Below are positions 9,019-19,682 of a stretch of 64,000 nt of DNA, one piece after another. Every line of letters starts with the position of its first letter. Position 1 is the stretch's first letter. Origin of the DNA: Gammaproteobacteria bacterium (lineage in GTDB: Bacteria; Pseudomonadota; Gammaproteobacteria; SpSt-1174). The notes under the pieces are model-generated. The model was not told where the DNA came from. It saw only the letters and a list, made by a program, of their open reading frames with translations, and did not search any database. Position numbers and translations under genes: made by a program. The stretch covers positions 2,853 through 66,852 of the forward strand of contig JARRKE010000006.1 of the NCBI GenBank assembly GCA_037388465.1, given 5' to 3'.

Positions 9019-9416
9019 AAAGCAACGGGACTTGCGGTTGCGAACCTGAGCGCGCCCTTGGGGGAGCTTTTTTTGTTGTGGAGTGCGGTCAGGTGTTTGC
9101 GCCGGTGTTGCTCGGTGGGTATCCGGGTTTCCAGGTAAAAACGCGCCTGTTCGCGGGCGGCGACCCCGGGCGCGCCCGCCTGGGCGACGACCTCGGCCTT
9201 GAGCGCGGCCAGGATGACGGCCGCCGCCTGCCGCTTGTCGAGCTCGGTAATGCGCTGCCAGACGGCGGGAAAGAAATACAGGCGGATCAGGTCGGGGCGG
9301 GTGAGTAGCAGCATCTTGACCACGTTGCGCAGTTTCTGGTCAGTTTCCGACCAGCTCTCGACCAGGTCGGAGGCGATCAGCTTGTGGATTTCCTCTTTGC
9401 CCTTGGCGGTTATCAT
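9015..9416 (-). CDS. Hypothetical protein
   Basis: Open frame with high third-position GC. The start is uncertain (9416 or 9437). Confidence 0.45.
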   Translation of the reverse strand: MITAKGKEEIHKLIASDLVESWSETDQKLRNVVKMLLLTRPDLIRLYFFPAVWQRITELDKRQAAAVILAALKAEVVAQAGAPGVAAREQARFYLETRIPTEQHRRKHLTALHNKKSSPKGALRFATASPVAF

Positions 9417-9497
9417 GCGCGGCGCGTGGTGCCTCAAAGGACATCACTATATCATTTGGGGTTCAAGCCCGAGATGCGAAGACCGATAGGACGAATC

Positions 9498-9887
9498 ATG
9501 AAGATCCAAGGAGCCAAGCTGATCGAGTTGATGCGCGGATGTCTGACCGAGATGTCCAACTCGCTCAAGGCCATGCGCCAGGATACCGAGTCCAAGCCGG
9601 ATGCCGCCTATGCGGTTCCGCGCAATGGCGTGCTGTTCAGCCTGGATATGAATATTGCCGTGATCCACATGCTCGGCTTGCGTCTGCACCGCGCGCAGGA
9701 AGAAGGTGAGGTCGAACTCAACGACGGAGAACGCGTGGTCATCGGCATGTCGGCAACCTTCATGGGAGACGAGGTCGCGGCCCTGATCGACGACGCCCTG
9801 GAGGGGCATGCCGTGGACGAGGCGCGTTTGGAGGCGATCCTGAGTGCGGGGACGCACCCGACGGACGGCTCCAGCGCCGTCCACTGA
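9498..9887 (+). CDS. Hypothetical protein (129 aa)
   Basis: ATG at 9498. Coding-like codon bias. No recognised motif. Confidence 0.45.
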   Translation: MKIQGAKLIELMRGCLTEMSNSLKAMRQDTESKPDAAYAVPRNGVLFSLDMNIAVIHMLGLRLHRAQEEGEVELNDGERVVIGMSATFMGDEVAALIDDALEGHAVDEARLEAILSAGTHPTDGSSAVH

Positions 9888-9895
9888 ATGGGTGT

Positions 9896-10129
9896 TCAGT
9901 TCGCCTCTTCCGGCGTCAGAGTGGCGCGGATGCTGAGCGCGTGAATGGCGCCGCTGTCGATCTGGGGCCGGACGGTGGCGTAAACCAGCTGGTGCCGCTT
10001 GATGGTGGTGAGGCCGGTAAATTGCGGACTGACCACTCGGGCCTCGTATTTCCCGCCTTCGCCGGTGACCTCGACCTCGGCGTTTTCGAGGCCTGCCTCG
10101 ATCAGTGTCTTGATTTCCTCAGGATTCAT
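9896..10129 (-). CDS. ibaG: BolA-family protein (IbaG/YrbA-like)
   Basis: 77 aa. The ...RHQLVY...IHALSI... pattern is characteristic of BolA/IbaG. Confidence 0.8.
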   Translation of the reverse strand: MNPEEIKTLIEAGLENAEVEVTGEGGKYEARVVSPQFTGLTTIKRHQLVYATVRPQIDSGAIHALSIRATLTPEEAN

Positions 10130-10190
10130 TGCGGATAGCCGGTTTGTTGTTGGGGCGGCCGCGCAGCATACCGCAGACCCACCTGGTCGG

Positions 10191-11075
10191 TCAGCCGTGA
10201 GGCGGTAATTCGTCGCTCAGGACCACGCGGTGGTCGCCGCCTTCCGTCAGTCCCAGATAATGCATAATCGCCGGCATGTGCTTTTCCAGCACTTGCTGCA
10301 TGTACGGCGAATGCAGGTGGGCGTAATCGATGCCCTCGATCCATCCATAGATGGAATCCTTCAGGTTGTCGACGTCGTTGACGTTGCCGTGGATGTCATG
10401 CACCAGGCGCCGATACTCGGGCAGGGTCGGGCTGACGTCGAGCTCGTCGAAGATCGTCTTGAGTGCGCCGAGCATACCCGCCGCATTTTCCGCCAGGCCC
10501 AGATCATGCGGCGTGACGACCGTCGCCTCGCTCGCCGGCGTGTCGACCCACAGCTTGAAGCTCAACGTCTGCAGCGTGTGATAGAGCGGCTCTTCGGAGA
10601 TCAGGATGACCAGGATATTTTGCGGATGCGCGCGCAGGGTCACGTCCCGGTAGCTCCACACGCCGGTGCCGATGAAATCGGCCAAACGCAGGTGATGGCG
10701 GAACTCGGCGAGTTGCAGTTGGTCCAGGATGAGTGCCACGCGATCACCTTCGCTCAAGGCGCAGGCCTCGCTCAGGGTGCGGTCGAGCTCGCTGACCGGC
10801 TGCTCACCGAGGGGTTCCTCCGTTTCGCGCGGAGGAAGAATACGCACCGGTTCGGGCATGTCCGCCTGCGGTATGAATTCGTGATATAGCACGTGCGGAT
10901 ATTCCAGCGCCTGAGCCAGGGCGTGTGCAAAGGCCGTTTTGCGCCGTCCGGGCGCTCCGCCGAGCGCGAGTGCGCGAACGTGTTCGATGGGGGCCGAAAG
11001 CAGGCAGCGTACAGCGTAGCTGTAATCGTGGTTGGATACGAAACCGTATTGTGCGAGGCGTGGCTTGAGGTCCAT
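10191..11075 (-). CDS. Conserved hypothetical protein with a degenerate P-loop (AAA-like)
   Basis: GGAPGRRKTAFAHALA resembles the GPPGTGKT Walker A of AAA+ proteins. The start could be 11075 or 11111. Confidence 0.5.
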   Translation of the reverse strand: MDLKPRLAQYGFVSNHDYSYAVRCLLSAPIEHVRALALGGAPGRRKTAFAHALAQALEYPHVLYHEFIPQADMPEPVRILPPRETEEPLGEQPVSELDRTLSEACALSEGDRVALILDQLQLAEFRHHLRLADFIGTGVWSYRDVTLRAHPQNILVILISEEPLYHTLQTLSFKLWVDTPASEATVVTPHDLGLAENAAGMLGALKTIFDELDVSPTLPEYRRLVHDIHGNVNDVDNLKDSIYGWIEGIDYAHLHSPYMQQVLEKHMPAIMHYLGLTEGGDHRVVLSDELPPHG

Positions 11076-11089
11076 GGGCGTTTCCGGGG

Positions 11090-11596
11090 TCACCAACGGA
11101 ATTTGTCCCACAGTTCCGGATGGGCCCAGAAACGTGGGTTGAGCCAGTCGGGCGTGCGCTTGTAGGTGGATACGTCGTAGCGGTACAGGACTTGTGTTTC
11201 GCTGCGTCCCACTTCGCTCAGGCCGAAGGCGATGAGATCGCGTGCCGGCCAGCGGTCGGTGGCGGCATCGACGAGGATGTAGAGCCGGCGGGCGTAGATG
11301 TCGCGCAGGCTCGAAATCAGGTGCTCACCCTCGCTGCGTGGCAGTTGCTCCAATGCACCGGCGAGTACCGCGCAGTCCCACCGCTGCGTGTCGCTCGCGG
11401 CGGTCAGTCCGTCTTCGGGCGCGACCTGCCGGCATTCCGTGATTTCAAGCGCCGTGTCCAGGCATGCGCCTAACGCGGCATGCGCCGGAGAGGCGAGCAG
11501 CAACAGCCGGTCGTGCGCGCCCTGTCCGACGTCTGTGGCCAGGGCCCTGCAAAGTGGTTGATCATCGCTGTACATGATTTCCGAGTATGGATGCAA
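11090..11596 (-). CDS. Conserved hypothetical protein
   Basis: 168 aa with coding-like bias. It abuts the downstream gene, which suggests an operon. C-terminal ...NPRFWAHPELWDKFRW. Confidence 0.5.
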   Translation of the reverse strand: MHPYSEIMYSDDQPLCRALATDVGQGAHDRLLLLASPAHAALGACLDTALEITECRQVAPEDGLTAASDTQRWDCAVLAGALEQLPRSEGEHLISSLRDIYARRLYILVDAATDRWPARDLIAFGLSEVGRSETQVLYRYDVSTYKRTPDWLNPRFWAHPELWDKFRW

Positions 11597-11662
11597 GAGC
11601 GGCAGTGCTGCAAATGGATGATTTATAATTTACAGGCCTACACATATGGGGGTTTTTTGATT

Positions 11663-12151
11663 ATGAGCAACCGCGAAGCCGTATTGATGGACTTCCTCAA
11701 CAACAACTACATGTGCAAGACCCTGACCGATAAGGAGATCGAGACCTTTCTCGAATTCACCGAGGTGGTCGAGGCGCACAAAGGGGATGTCATCGCCGAG
11801 ATCGGTGAAGTGGGCCAGGCGTTGTACTTCGTCGTCAAGGGTGAGGTTGCGCTGATTCACGACGACGGTTCGCAGGAGGTCGAAATGACGCGCGTGCTCG
11901 AGGGGGAGCTGATGGGCGAGATGTCCTTCTTCGACCGCAAGCCGCGCATGCTGCGCATGCGTGCGCTGCGCGACAGGACGCTCATGCTGCGTCTGACGCG
12001 CGCCATGTACAAACGGCTGCGGGTGGAGCAGCCCTACATCGCGGTGAACCTGCTCGAATACACCATCATCAGTCTGGATCACTATTTCCGTCGCCTGAGC
12101 CAGGACGTGGCGCATTACACCCACCTCCTTTACGCCCCCGGCAAGAAATAG
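11663..12151 (+). CDS. Stand-alone cyclic-nucleotide-binding domain protein
   Basis: The GDVI...G..G.ALYFVVKGEV...GELMGEMSFFD..PR.LRMRA pattern fits a cNMP-binding beta-barrel with a phosphate-binding cassette. Confidence 0.8.
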   Translation: MSNREAVLMDFLNNNYMCKTLTDKEIETFLEFTEVVEAHKGDVIAEIGEVGQALYFVVKGEVALIHDDGSQEVEMTRVLEGELMGEMSFFDRKPRMLRMRALRDRTLMLRLTRAMYKRLRVEQPYIAVNLLEYTIISLDHYFRRLSQDVAHYTHLLYAPGKK

Positions 12152-12161
12152 CCTGCGCGCT

Positions 12162-13280
12162 TCAGCTCCCGGGCTGGTCGGCGAGGAGTGCGAGCAGCGC
12201 CTCGCCGGCCACCTGCCGCCGCCAGCCCTGCAGGACGCGCAGGTCCCGCCGGCCTCTCACCAGAGACTCGATTTCTGCGCGGTTCGCGATCAGCGGCGCG
12301 GAGATTGACTGCTGGGTGGCGATTTCGCGCAGGCGCTGTTGCAGCGTCTTGATCTGCGCGCGCTCCTCGGCGCTGGGCGGTCCGGTGTCGATCGCGGGCG
12401 GCAGCGCATCCTCCTCCAACTGCAGCCCCGCGCGAATCGCCGCCAGCACGGTATCGGCGTAACGCCGCAAAAAGCCCGGTGAGAGTTCCGGGACGGCCTC
12501 CAGGGCGTGGTGATCCTCGGGCTTCAGAAAGCACAGCTTGAGCAGGTGTTCGTCGCGCAGGATCCAGCCGCGCGGCTTGTCGCGGTGCATGGCTTCCTGT
12601 TCGCGCCACGCCGCAAGCCCCTGCAGGATCGCCAGGCCGCGGGGATCGAGTGCACCCGCACCGCGCACGTTGCGCCATGCCTCCTCGCTGTTGGTGGTGA
12701 AGCGTTCCGGCCGGTGCAGGGCGGCCATGTCCTCTTCCAGCCATGTCAGCCGGTGTGCCTGTTCCAGCTCGTGCCGCAGGCGCGGGTAGATCGTGCCCAG
12801 GTGGCGCACGTCATCGGCGGCATAGGTCAGCTGATCGGCGCTCAGCGGCCTTGCCGACCAGTCGGTACGGCTTTGGGATTTGTCGAGTTCGATGCCCAGC
12901 AGGGTCTCGACCAGCCGCGCATAGCCCATCTGTTCCCCCAGGCCGAGCAGGCCGGCGGCATATTGGGAGTCGAAGACGGGGGTCGGGATCAGCCCCGATT
13001 CCTGGTAAACGAGTTCGATGTCCTGATAGCCCGCGTGCAGGATCTTGGTGCTGCGGGCGTCGCCCAGCAGTTCCCACAGCGGCGACAGGTCCGCAATGGC
13101 GAGCGGATCGATGCAGGCGATGCGGGTGTCATTCGCGACCTGAATCAGACAGAGCTGAGCGCGGTAGGTGCGTTCGCGTAGAAACTCGGTGTCGATCGCC
13201 AGCCAGTCGGAACCGGCAAGCTCATGGCAGAACGTGCCAAGCGACTGCGGTGTGTCGATGAAGGCGGGCCGGGACTTCAC
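12162..13280 (-). CDS. rnd: Ribonuclease D
   Basis: 372 aa. DEDD exonuclease motifs (AIDTEF...) and an HRDC-type C-terminus. The size matches E. coli Rnd. Confidence 0.9.
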   Translation of the reverse strand: MKSRPAFIDTPQSLGTFCHELAGSDWLAIDTEFLRERTYRAQLCLIQVANDTRIACIDPLAIADLSPLWELLGDARSTKILHAGYQDIELVYQESGLIPTPVFDSQYAAGLLGLGEQMGYARLVETLLGIELDKSQSRTDWSARPLSADQLTYAADDVRHLGTIYPRLRHELEQAHRLTWLEEDMAALHRPERFTTNSEEAWRNVRGAGALDPRGLAILQGLAAWREQEAMHRDKPRGWILRDEHLLKLCFLKPEDHHALEAVPELSPGFLRRYADTVLAAIRAGLQLEEDALPPAIDTGPPSAEERAQIKTLQQRLREIATQQSISAPLIANRAEIESLVRGRRDLRVLQGWRRQVAGEALLALLADQPGS

Positions 13281-13579
13281 GCCTTGGTGTCATCTTCGCG
13301 GGATTCGAAGGCGGCCAGCTGTTCGGGGCTCGCTTCGCGCAGATAGCGCTGTTTCCATTCCTCGTACGGCATGCCGTAGACGATCTCGCGGGTCTGCGCC
13401 TTGTCCACCTCGACGCCCTGGGCTGCGGCCTCTTCGCCGTACCAGCGCGACAGGCAGTTGCGGCAGAAGCCGGCCAGGTTCATCAGGTCGATGTTCTGGA
13501 CGTCGGTGCGTTCCTGCAGATGGGCGACCAGGCGACGGAAAACGGCGGCCTCGATCGCGGTGCGGTCTGTGTCGTTCAT
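13277..13579 (-). CDS. DUF1244-family small protein
   Basis: 100 aa starting at MNDTD (ATG 13579). Contains a ...GFCRNCLSRWY... motif. It overlaps the rnd start by 4 nt. Confidence 0.65.
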   Translation of the reverse strand: MNDTDRTAIEAAVFRRLVAHLQERTDVQNIDLMNLAGFCRNCLSRWYGEEAAAQGVEVDKAQTREIVYGMPYEEWKQRYLREASPEQLAAFESREDDTKA

Positions 13580-13619
13580 GATTCTGCTCCTGTGGGGCGA
13601 GGGCCCCATTCTAGCGGAC

Positions 13620-14105
13620 TCAGGCCAGGTGGCAGCGACGCCGGATCTGGCGCAGCAGCAGGAACAGCCACGGCCACAGCAGCATACTGGAGATGAGCGG
13701 GGCCCAATAAAGCCAGGTGCCCGGGGCCATGCCGGTAATGCCATCGACCCACAGGCTCAGCAGGCGGGTGATGGCCAGCATGGCGCCGACCGTGATGGCC
13801 TGCTGCCAGAGCGGAAATACGCGAATACGCTGATGCAGGCGAATACTGACGTAGGCCAGGATCGCGAAGGCCATCGCATGCTGGCCCAGCAGGGTGCCGG
13901 TCAGCACGTCCATAAACAGTCCGGTGATCCACCCCGCGCCGACCCCGAACCGGTTGGGCAGCGCCATGGTCCAGTAAATAAGCGCCATGGCGGCCCAGTC
14001 GGGGCGAAAGGCGATCGCCCAGGTCGGGAGGGGGATGATGGTCAGCATATAGGCCGCCACCAGTGAGAGCGGAATCACCCAGGGACGGCAAAAGGCGTTA
14101 TCCAT
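13620..14105 (-). CDS. mreD: Rod shape-determining protein MreD
   Basis: 161-aa polytopic membrane protein directly downstream of mreC, overlapping it by 8 nt. Confidence 0.85.
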   Translation of the reverse strand: MDNAFCRPWVIPLSLVAAYMLTIIPLPTWAIAFRPDWAAMALIYWTMALPNRFGVGAGWITGLFMDVLTGTLLGQHAMAFAILAYVSIRLHQRIRVFPLWQQAITVGAMLAITRLLSLWVDGITGMAPGTWLYWAPLISSMLLWPWLFLLLRQIRRRCHLA

Positions 14106-15024
14106 GCCGCCGTTTCCCGGTTTTGTGCGTTGAGGCGCCGTGCTCTTTCTTTGTGGCCGGAGGACTCTTTTTGTCGGTTGCTCCGGGCCGTTCATGGTGC
14201 TCGTTGGCCGGCCAGACCAGCAGGACCTCCCGGGAGCGTTCCAGGTGGGCCAGCGGACGGACCTCGATCTGGGCAAAGGCCTCGGCGGGGTCGCGGTCGA
14301 TCTTGACCACCTCGCCGACCGGATAGTCGGGCGGGTAGCGCCCGCCCAGCCCGGAGGTGCTGACGATGTCGCCCACACGGATGTCCGCGCTGTTGGGCAG
14401 GCTGCGCAATTCCAGGCGTTGCGGGTTGCCGGTGCCTACCGCGAGGCTGCGCAGCCCGTTGCGGTTGACCTGGACGGGGACGGCCTGGCTGGGGTCGGAG
14501 ATCAGCGTTACCCGTGCGGTGTTGTAGTTGACGTCGGTGACCTGACCCATGACGCCGCGTGCATCGAGCAGCGGCTGGCCGAGATAGACGCCGTCATGGC
14601 TGCCTTTGTTGATGAGGATCTCCTGGCGGAACGGCGCCATGTCGGCCGACAGCAGTTCGGCGACGGTGAAGTGTGCCTTCACGTGTGAGGAGGCGTGCAG
14701 CAGCTGGCGCAGGCGGTCGTTTTCCTCTTCCAGTGCGGCCAGGCGCTGCAGGTGCGCGTCGTCGAGCAGCGCCTCGCGGCGCAACTTGCGGTTTTCGCCG
14801 ACCAGGGTGTTGTGGGTGACGAGCTGCTCGGCCAGCCAGTCGCCGATGCGAAACGGCAGGTCGACGACGTACTGGACCGGATAGACGAGCAGATTGAGCC
14901 CCTTGCGCAGGGCGTCGACGTGATGGAAGCGCTGGTCAGCCGTCATCAGTGCCAGCGACAGCAGCACGAACAGCAGCAGCTTGATGTGCAGGGAAGGGCC
15001 GTGGAAGAAGAGGGACTTCTTAAT
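14098..15024 (-). CDS. mreC: Rod shape-determining protein MreC (probable ATT start)
   Basis: Homology to E. coli MreC (GPSLxIxL, TM helix, coiled coil) extends upstream of the track's GTG at 14967. Between that GTG and the in-frame stop the only start-like codon is ATT (15024..15022), 5 nt after GAGGAGGAA. Confidence 0.85.
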   Translation of the reverse strand: MKKSLFFHGPSLHIKLLLFVLLSLALMTADQRFHHVDALRKGLNLLVYPVQYVVDLPFRIGDWLAEQLVTHNTLVGENRKLRREALLDDAHLQRLAALEEENDRLRQLLHASSHVKAHFTVAELLSADMAPFRQEILINKGSHDGVYLGQPLLDARGVMGQVTDVNYNTARVTLISDPSQAVPVQVNRNGLRSLAVGTGNPQRLELRSLPNSADIRVGDIVSTSGLGGRYPPDYPVGEVVKIDRDPAEAFAQIEVRPLAHLERSREVLLVWPANEHHERPGATDKKSPPATKKEHGASTHKTGKRRHG

Positions 15025-15054
15025 GGTTTCCTCCTCGACGACGGCGGATGGGGT

Positions 15055-16257
<1,203 letters not shown>

Positions 16258-16300
16258 TTAGCCGGCCTTTCACGAAGCCCGTAAAACCTTAGGAGTCGCC

Positions 16301-16588
16301 ATGTCGATTGCCAATCAAGAGGTAAGCAAGATCGCCCATCTGGCCCGGCTGGGGATCGACGAGCAGGATACGCCGGCCTATGCCCAGAGCCTGTCGGCCA
16401 TCCTGGAGCTGGTCGAGCAGATGAATCAGGTGGACACCGCCGACGTGGAGCCGATGGCCCATCCCCAGGATGCGGTGCAGCGCCTGCGCGACGATGAGGT
16501 GCGCGAGACGGACCAACGCGAACACTTCCAGGGCATCGCCCCGCTGACCGAAGCGGGCCTGTACCTGGTCCCCAAAGTGATCGAGTGA
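16301..16588 (+). CDS. gatC: Glu/Asp-tRNA amidotransferase subunit C
   Basis: 95 aa, the first gene of a gatCAB arrangement. The ...IAHLARL...MNQVDT... pattern is present. Confidence 0.9.
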   Translation: MSIANQEVSKIAHLARLGIDEQDTPAYAQSLSAILELVEQMNQVDTADVEPMAHPQDAVQRLRDDEVRETDQREHFQGIAPLTEAGLYLVPKVIE

Positions 16589-16638
16589 ACGCCCGCCCCG
16601 CGTGCACACATTTGTTCTGATCCCGAATTCAAACCGCC

Positions 16639-18093
16639 ATGCACAACAAGACCCTCTCAGAACTCGGAGCCGAGCTGCGTGCCGGCAAGGTCTCCAGCGT
16701 TGAGCTCACCGAGCATTTTCTCGCCCGGATCAAGGCCCACGACGCCAAGCTGAACAGTTTCATCAGCGTGACCGAAGCGCAGGCCCTGGACGCCGCGCGC
16801 GCCGCGGATCAGCGCATCGCCAGCGGCGAGGCCGGTCCGCTGACCGGCGTCCCGATCGTCCACAAGGACATCTTCTGCACCGAGGGCGTGAAGACCTCCT
16901 GCGGTTCGCGCATGCTGGACAACTTCGTCGCCCCCTACGACGCCACCGTGGTGTCGCGTCTGCAGGGCGCGGGTACGGTCATGCTCGGCAAGGCCAACAT
17001 GGACGAATTCGCCATGGGGTCGAGTAACGAGACCAGCCATTACGGGCCGGTACGCAATCCCTGGGACAACGAGCGCGTGCCGGGCGGTTCCTCCGGCGGT
17101 TCGGCGGCGGCGGTGGCCGCGCGCCTGGCGCCGGGTGCGACCGGTACCGATACCGGCGGTTCGATTCGCCAGCCGGCCGCATTGTGCGGCATCACCGGCC
17201 TCAAACCGACCTACGGCCGGGTTTCGCGCTGGGGCATGATCGCCTTCGCCTCGTCGCTGGATCAGGGCGGTCCGCTGGCCCAGACCGCGGAGGACTGCGC
17301 CCTGATGCTGGGCGCCATGGCCGGCTTCGATGAGCGCGACTCCACCAGCATCGACCGCGAGGTGCCGGACTACACGGCGCACCTGGGCGACGACCTCAAG
17401 GGCCTGAAGATCGGCCTGCCCAAGGAATACTTCGGCGCGGGTCTCGATGCCGCCGTGAGCGGCGTGATCGAGGCGGCGCTCGAGGAGTATCGCAAGCTGG
17501 GCGCCGAACTGGTCGAGATCTCCCTGCCCAATTCCGGGCTGGCGGTGCCCGCTTATTACGTGGTGGCGCCGGCGGAGTGTTCCTCCAACCTGTCGCGGTT
17601 CGACGGCGTGCGTTTCGGTTACCGCTGCGAGGAGCCCAAGGATCTGCTGGATCTGTATACCCGTTCGCGCGGCGAAGGCTTCGGCGCTGAGGTCAAGCGG
17701 CGCATCATGGTCGGTACCTACGCCCTGTCGGCCGGCTATTACGACGCCTATTACCTGAAGGCGCAGAAGGTGCGCCGCCTGATTGCGGACGACTTCAAGC
17801 GGGCCTTCGAACAGGTCGACGTGATCATGGGGCCGACCTCGCCGACCGTGGCGTTCCGCATCGGCGAGAAGGCGGACGATCCGGTGACCATGTACCTGTC
17901 CGACATCTACACCATCGCGGTCAACCTGGCCGGCCTGCCGGGAATGTCCGTTCCCGCCGGTTTCGCCGACGGGTTGCCGGTCGGGCTGCAGATCATCGGT
18001 GACTACTTCGGCGAGTCACGGTTGCTGAACGTGGCGCATCGCTTCCAGCAGGTCACCGATTGGCATCAGCGGATCCCGCAAGAATTCGCGTGA
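16639..18093 (+). CDS. gatA: Glu/Asp-tRNA amidotransferase subunit A
   Basis: 484 aa with the amidase signature [13 protein letters not shown]. Confidence 0.95.
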   Translation: MHNKTLSELGAELRAGKVSSVELTEHFLARIKAHDAKLNSFISVTEAQALDAARAADQRIASGEAGPLTGVPIVHKDIFCTEGVKTSCGSRMLDNFVAPYDATVVSRLQGAGTVMLGKANMDEFAMGSSNETSHYGPVRNPWDNERVPGGSSGGSAAAVAARLAPGATGTDTGGSIRQPAALCGITGLKPTYGRVSRWGMIAFASSLDQGGPLAQTAEDCALMLGAMAGFDERDSTSIDREVPDYTAHLGDDLKGLKIGLPKEYFGAGLDAAVSGVIEAALEEYRKLGAELVEISLPNSGLAVPAYYVVAPAECSSNLSRFDGVRFGYRCEEPKDLLDLYTRSRGEGFGAEVKRRIMVGTYALSAGYYDAYYLKAQKVRRLIADDFKRAFEQVDVIMGPTSPTVAFRIGEKADDPVTMYLSDIYTIAVNLAGLPGMSVPAGFADGLPVGLQIIGDYFGESRLLNVAHRFQQVTDWHQRIPQEFA

Positions 18094-18179
18094 GGGGTGA
18101 GAGGGGATGCGTGAGGGGGTGGTCACCCCTTTCCTCTCTTCACATCTCACTGCTTACGTACAACCGAGGGTTTTGATAA

Positions 18180-19616
18180 ATGGAATGGGAAACAGTCATC
18201 GGGCTTGAAATCCACGCCCAGCTGGCCACCCGCAGCAAGATCTTCTCCGCGGCGTCCACGGCCTACGGGGCGGCCCCCAACACCCAGGCCTGCGCGGTCG
18301 ATCTCGGCCTGCCCGGCGTGTTGCCGGTGCTGAACCACGAGGCGGTGAACATGGCCATCCGTTTCGGTCTGGCCATCGGCGCGACCGTCGCGCCGCGCTC
18401 CGTGTTCGCGCGCAAGAACTACTTCTACCCGGATCTGCCCAAGGGCTACCAGATCAGCCAGTACGAACTGCCCGTCGTGGGGCAGGGCAAACTGGAGATC
18501 GAGCCGGAGGACGGCGAGACCAAGGTCATCGGCGTGACCCGCGCCCACCTCGAGGAGGATGCCGGCAAGTCGCTGCACGAGGATTTCCACGGCTACACCG
18601 GGATCGACCTGAACCGGGCCGGCACGCCGCTGCTGGAGATCGTGTCCGAACCGGACATGCGTTCGGCCAAGGAAGCGGTGGCCTACATGAAGAAGATGCA
18701 CACCCTGGTGCGCTACCTGGAGATCTGCGACGGCAACATGCAGGAAGGCTCGTTCCGCTGCGATGCCAACGTGTCCGTCCGGCCCAAGGGTCAGCACGAG
18801 TTCGGTACCCGCACGGAGATCAAGAACCTCAACTCCTTCCGTTTCGTGGAGCGCGCCATCAACTTCGAGGTCGAGCGCCAGATCGACCTGATCGAGGGCG
18901 GCGGTTCCGTGGTGCAGGAGACCCGGCTGTACGACCCGGACAAGGGCGAGACGCGTCCGATGCGCACCAAGGAAGAGGCCAACGATTACCGTTACTTCCC
19001 CGACCCCGACCTGCTGCCGCTGGTGGTGAGCAGCGACGACATCGAGCGGGTGCGTGCGACGCTGCCGGAATTGCCGGATGAGAAAAAGCACCGCTTCATG
19101 ACCCACTACGGCCTGTCCGCCTACGATGCCGGCGTGCTGACGGCGAGCCGCGAGCTGGCCGAATACTACGAGACGGCGGTCGAGCAGGCCGGCGGTGCCG
19201 CCAAGCCGGTCGCCAACTGGGTGATGGGCGATCTGGCCGCCTTCCTCAACAAGGAAGGACTCGATGTGGCCGACAGCAAGGTTAGCGCTGCGCAGCTCGC
19301 GGGGCTGGTGGCGCGCATCGAAGATCAGACCATCTCCGGCAAGATTGCCAAAGAGGTGTTCGAGGCGATGTGGGCCGGCGAGGGCGATGCCGACGCCGTT
19401 ATCGAAAAGCGCGGTCTCAAGCAGATCACCGATACCGGGGCCATCGAGGCGGTGATCGACGAGGTGATTACCGCCAACCCGGCCCAGGTCGAACAGTATC
19501 GTGGCGGCAAGGACAAGCTGCTCGGCTTCTTTGTCGGACAGGTGATGAAGGTATCCAAAGGCAAGGCCAATCCGGCACAGGTCAACGACCTGCTGAAGAA
19601 GAAACTCAGTTCGTGA
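18180..19616 (+). CDS. gatB: Glu/Asp-tRNA amidotransferase subunit B
   Basis: 478 aa. [16 protein letters not shown]-terminus and a YqeY-like C-terminus. Confidence 0.95.
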   Translation: MEWETVIGLEIHAQLATRSKIFSAASTAYGAAPNTQACAVDLGLPGVLPVLNHEAVNMAIRFGLAIGATVAPRSVFARKNYFYPDLPKGYQISQYELPVVGQGKLEIEPEDGETKVIGVTRAHLEEDAGKSLHEDFHGYTGIDLNRAGTPLLEIVSEPDMRSAKEAVAYMKKMHTLVRYLEICDGNMQEGSFRCDANVSVRPKGQHEFGTRTEIKNLNSFRFVERAINFEVERQIDLIEGGGSVVQETRLYDPDKGETRPMRTKEEANDYRYFPDPDLLPLVVSSDDIERVRATLPELPDEKKHRFMTHYGLSAYDAGVLTASRELAEYYETAVEQAGGAAKPVANWVMGDLAAFLNKEGLDVADSKVSAAQLAGLVARIEDQTISGKIAKEVFEAMWAGEGDADAVIEKRGLKQITDTGAIEAVIDEVITANPAQVEQYRGGKDKLLGFFVGQVMKVSKGKANPAQVNDLLKKKLSS

Positions 19617-19682
19617 GGAGATGGGGTGAGGCGCAGATGTCGTCTCACCCCTTGCTCCTCACTGACGCCTTCTCGCGAAATC

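Noticed and set aside
9019-9075. Possible terminator after the second cytochrome c gene (GCAAC...GTTGC and ...GGGGGAGCTTTTTTTG).
   Set aside because: The stems are short (5 bp) or unpaired before the T-run. The segment also lies inside the convergent ORF 9015..9416, which has good coding bias. I could not support a confident terminator call.
19626-19682. Longer hslO start at 19626, as given by the ORF track.
   Set aside because: The extra 19 codons (MRRRCRLTPCSS...) lie inside the post-gatB hairpin and are not Hsp33-like. MTERDALHRF at 19683 matches Hsp33 N-termini.
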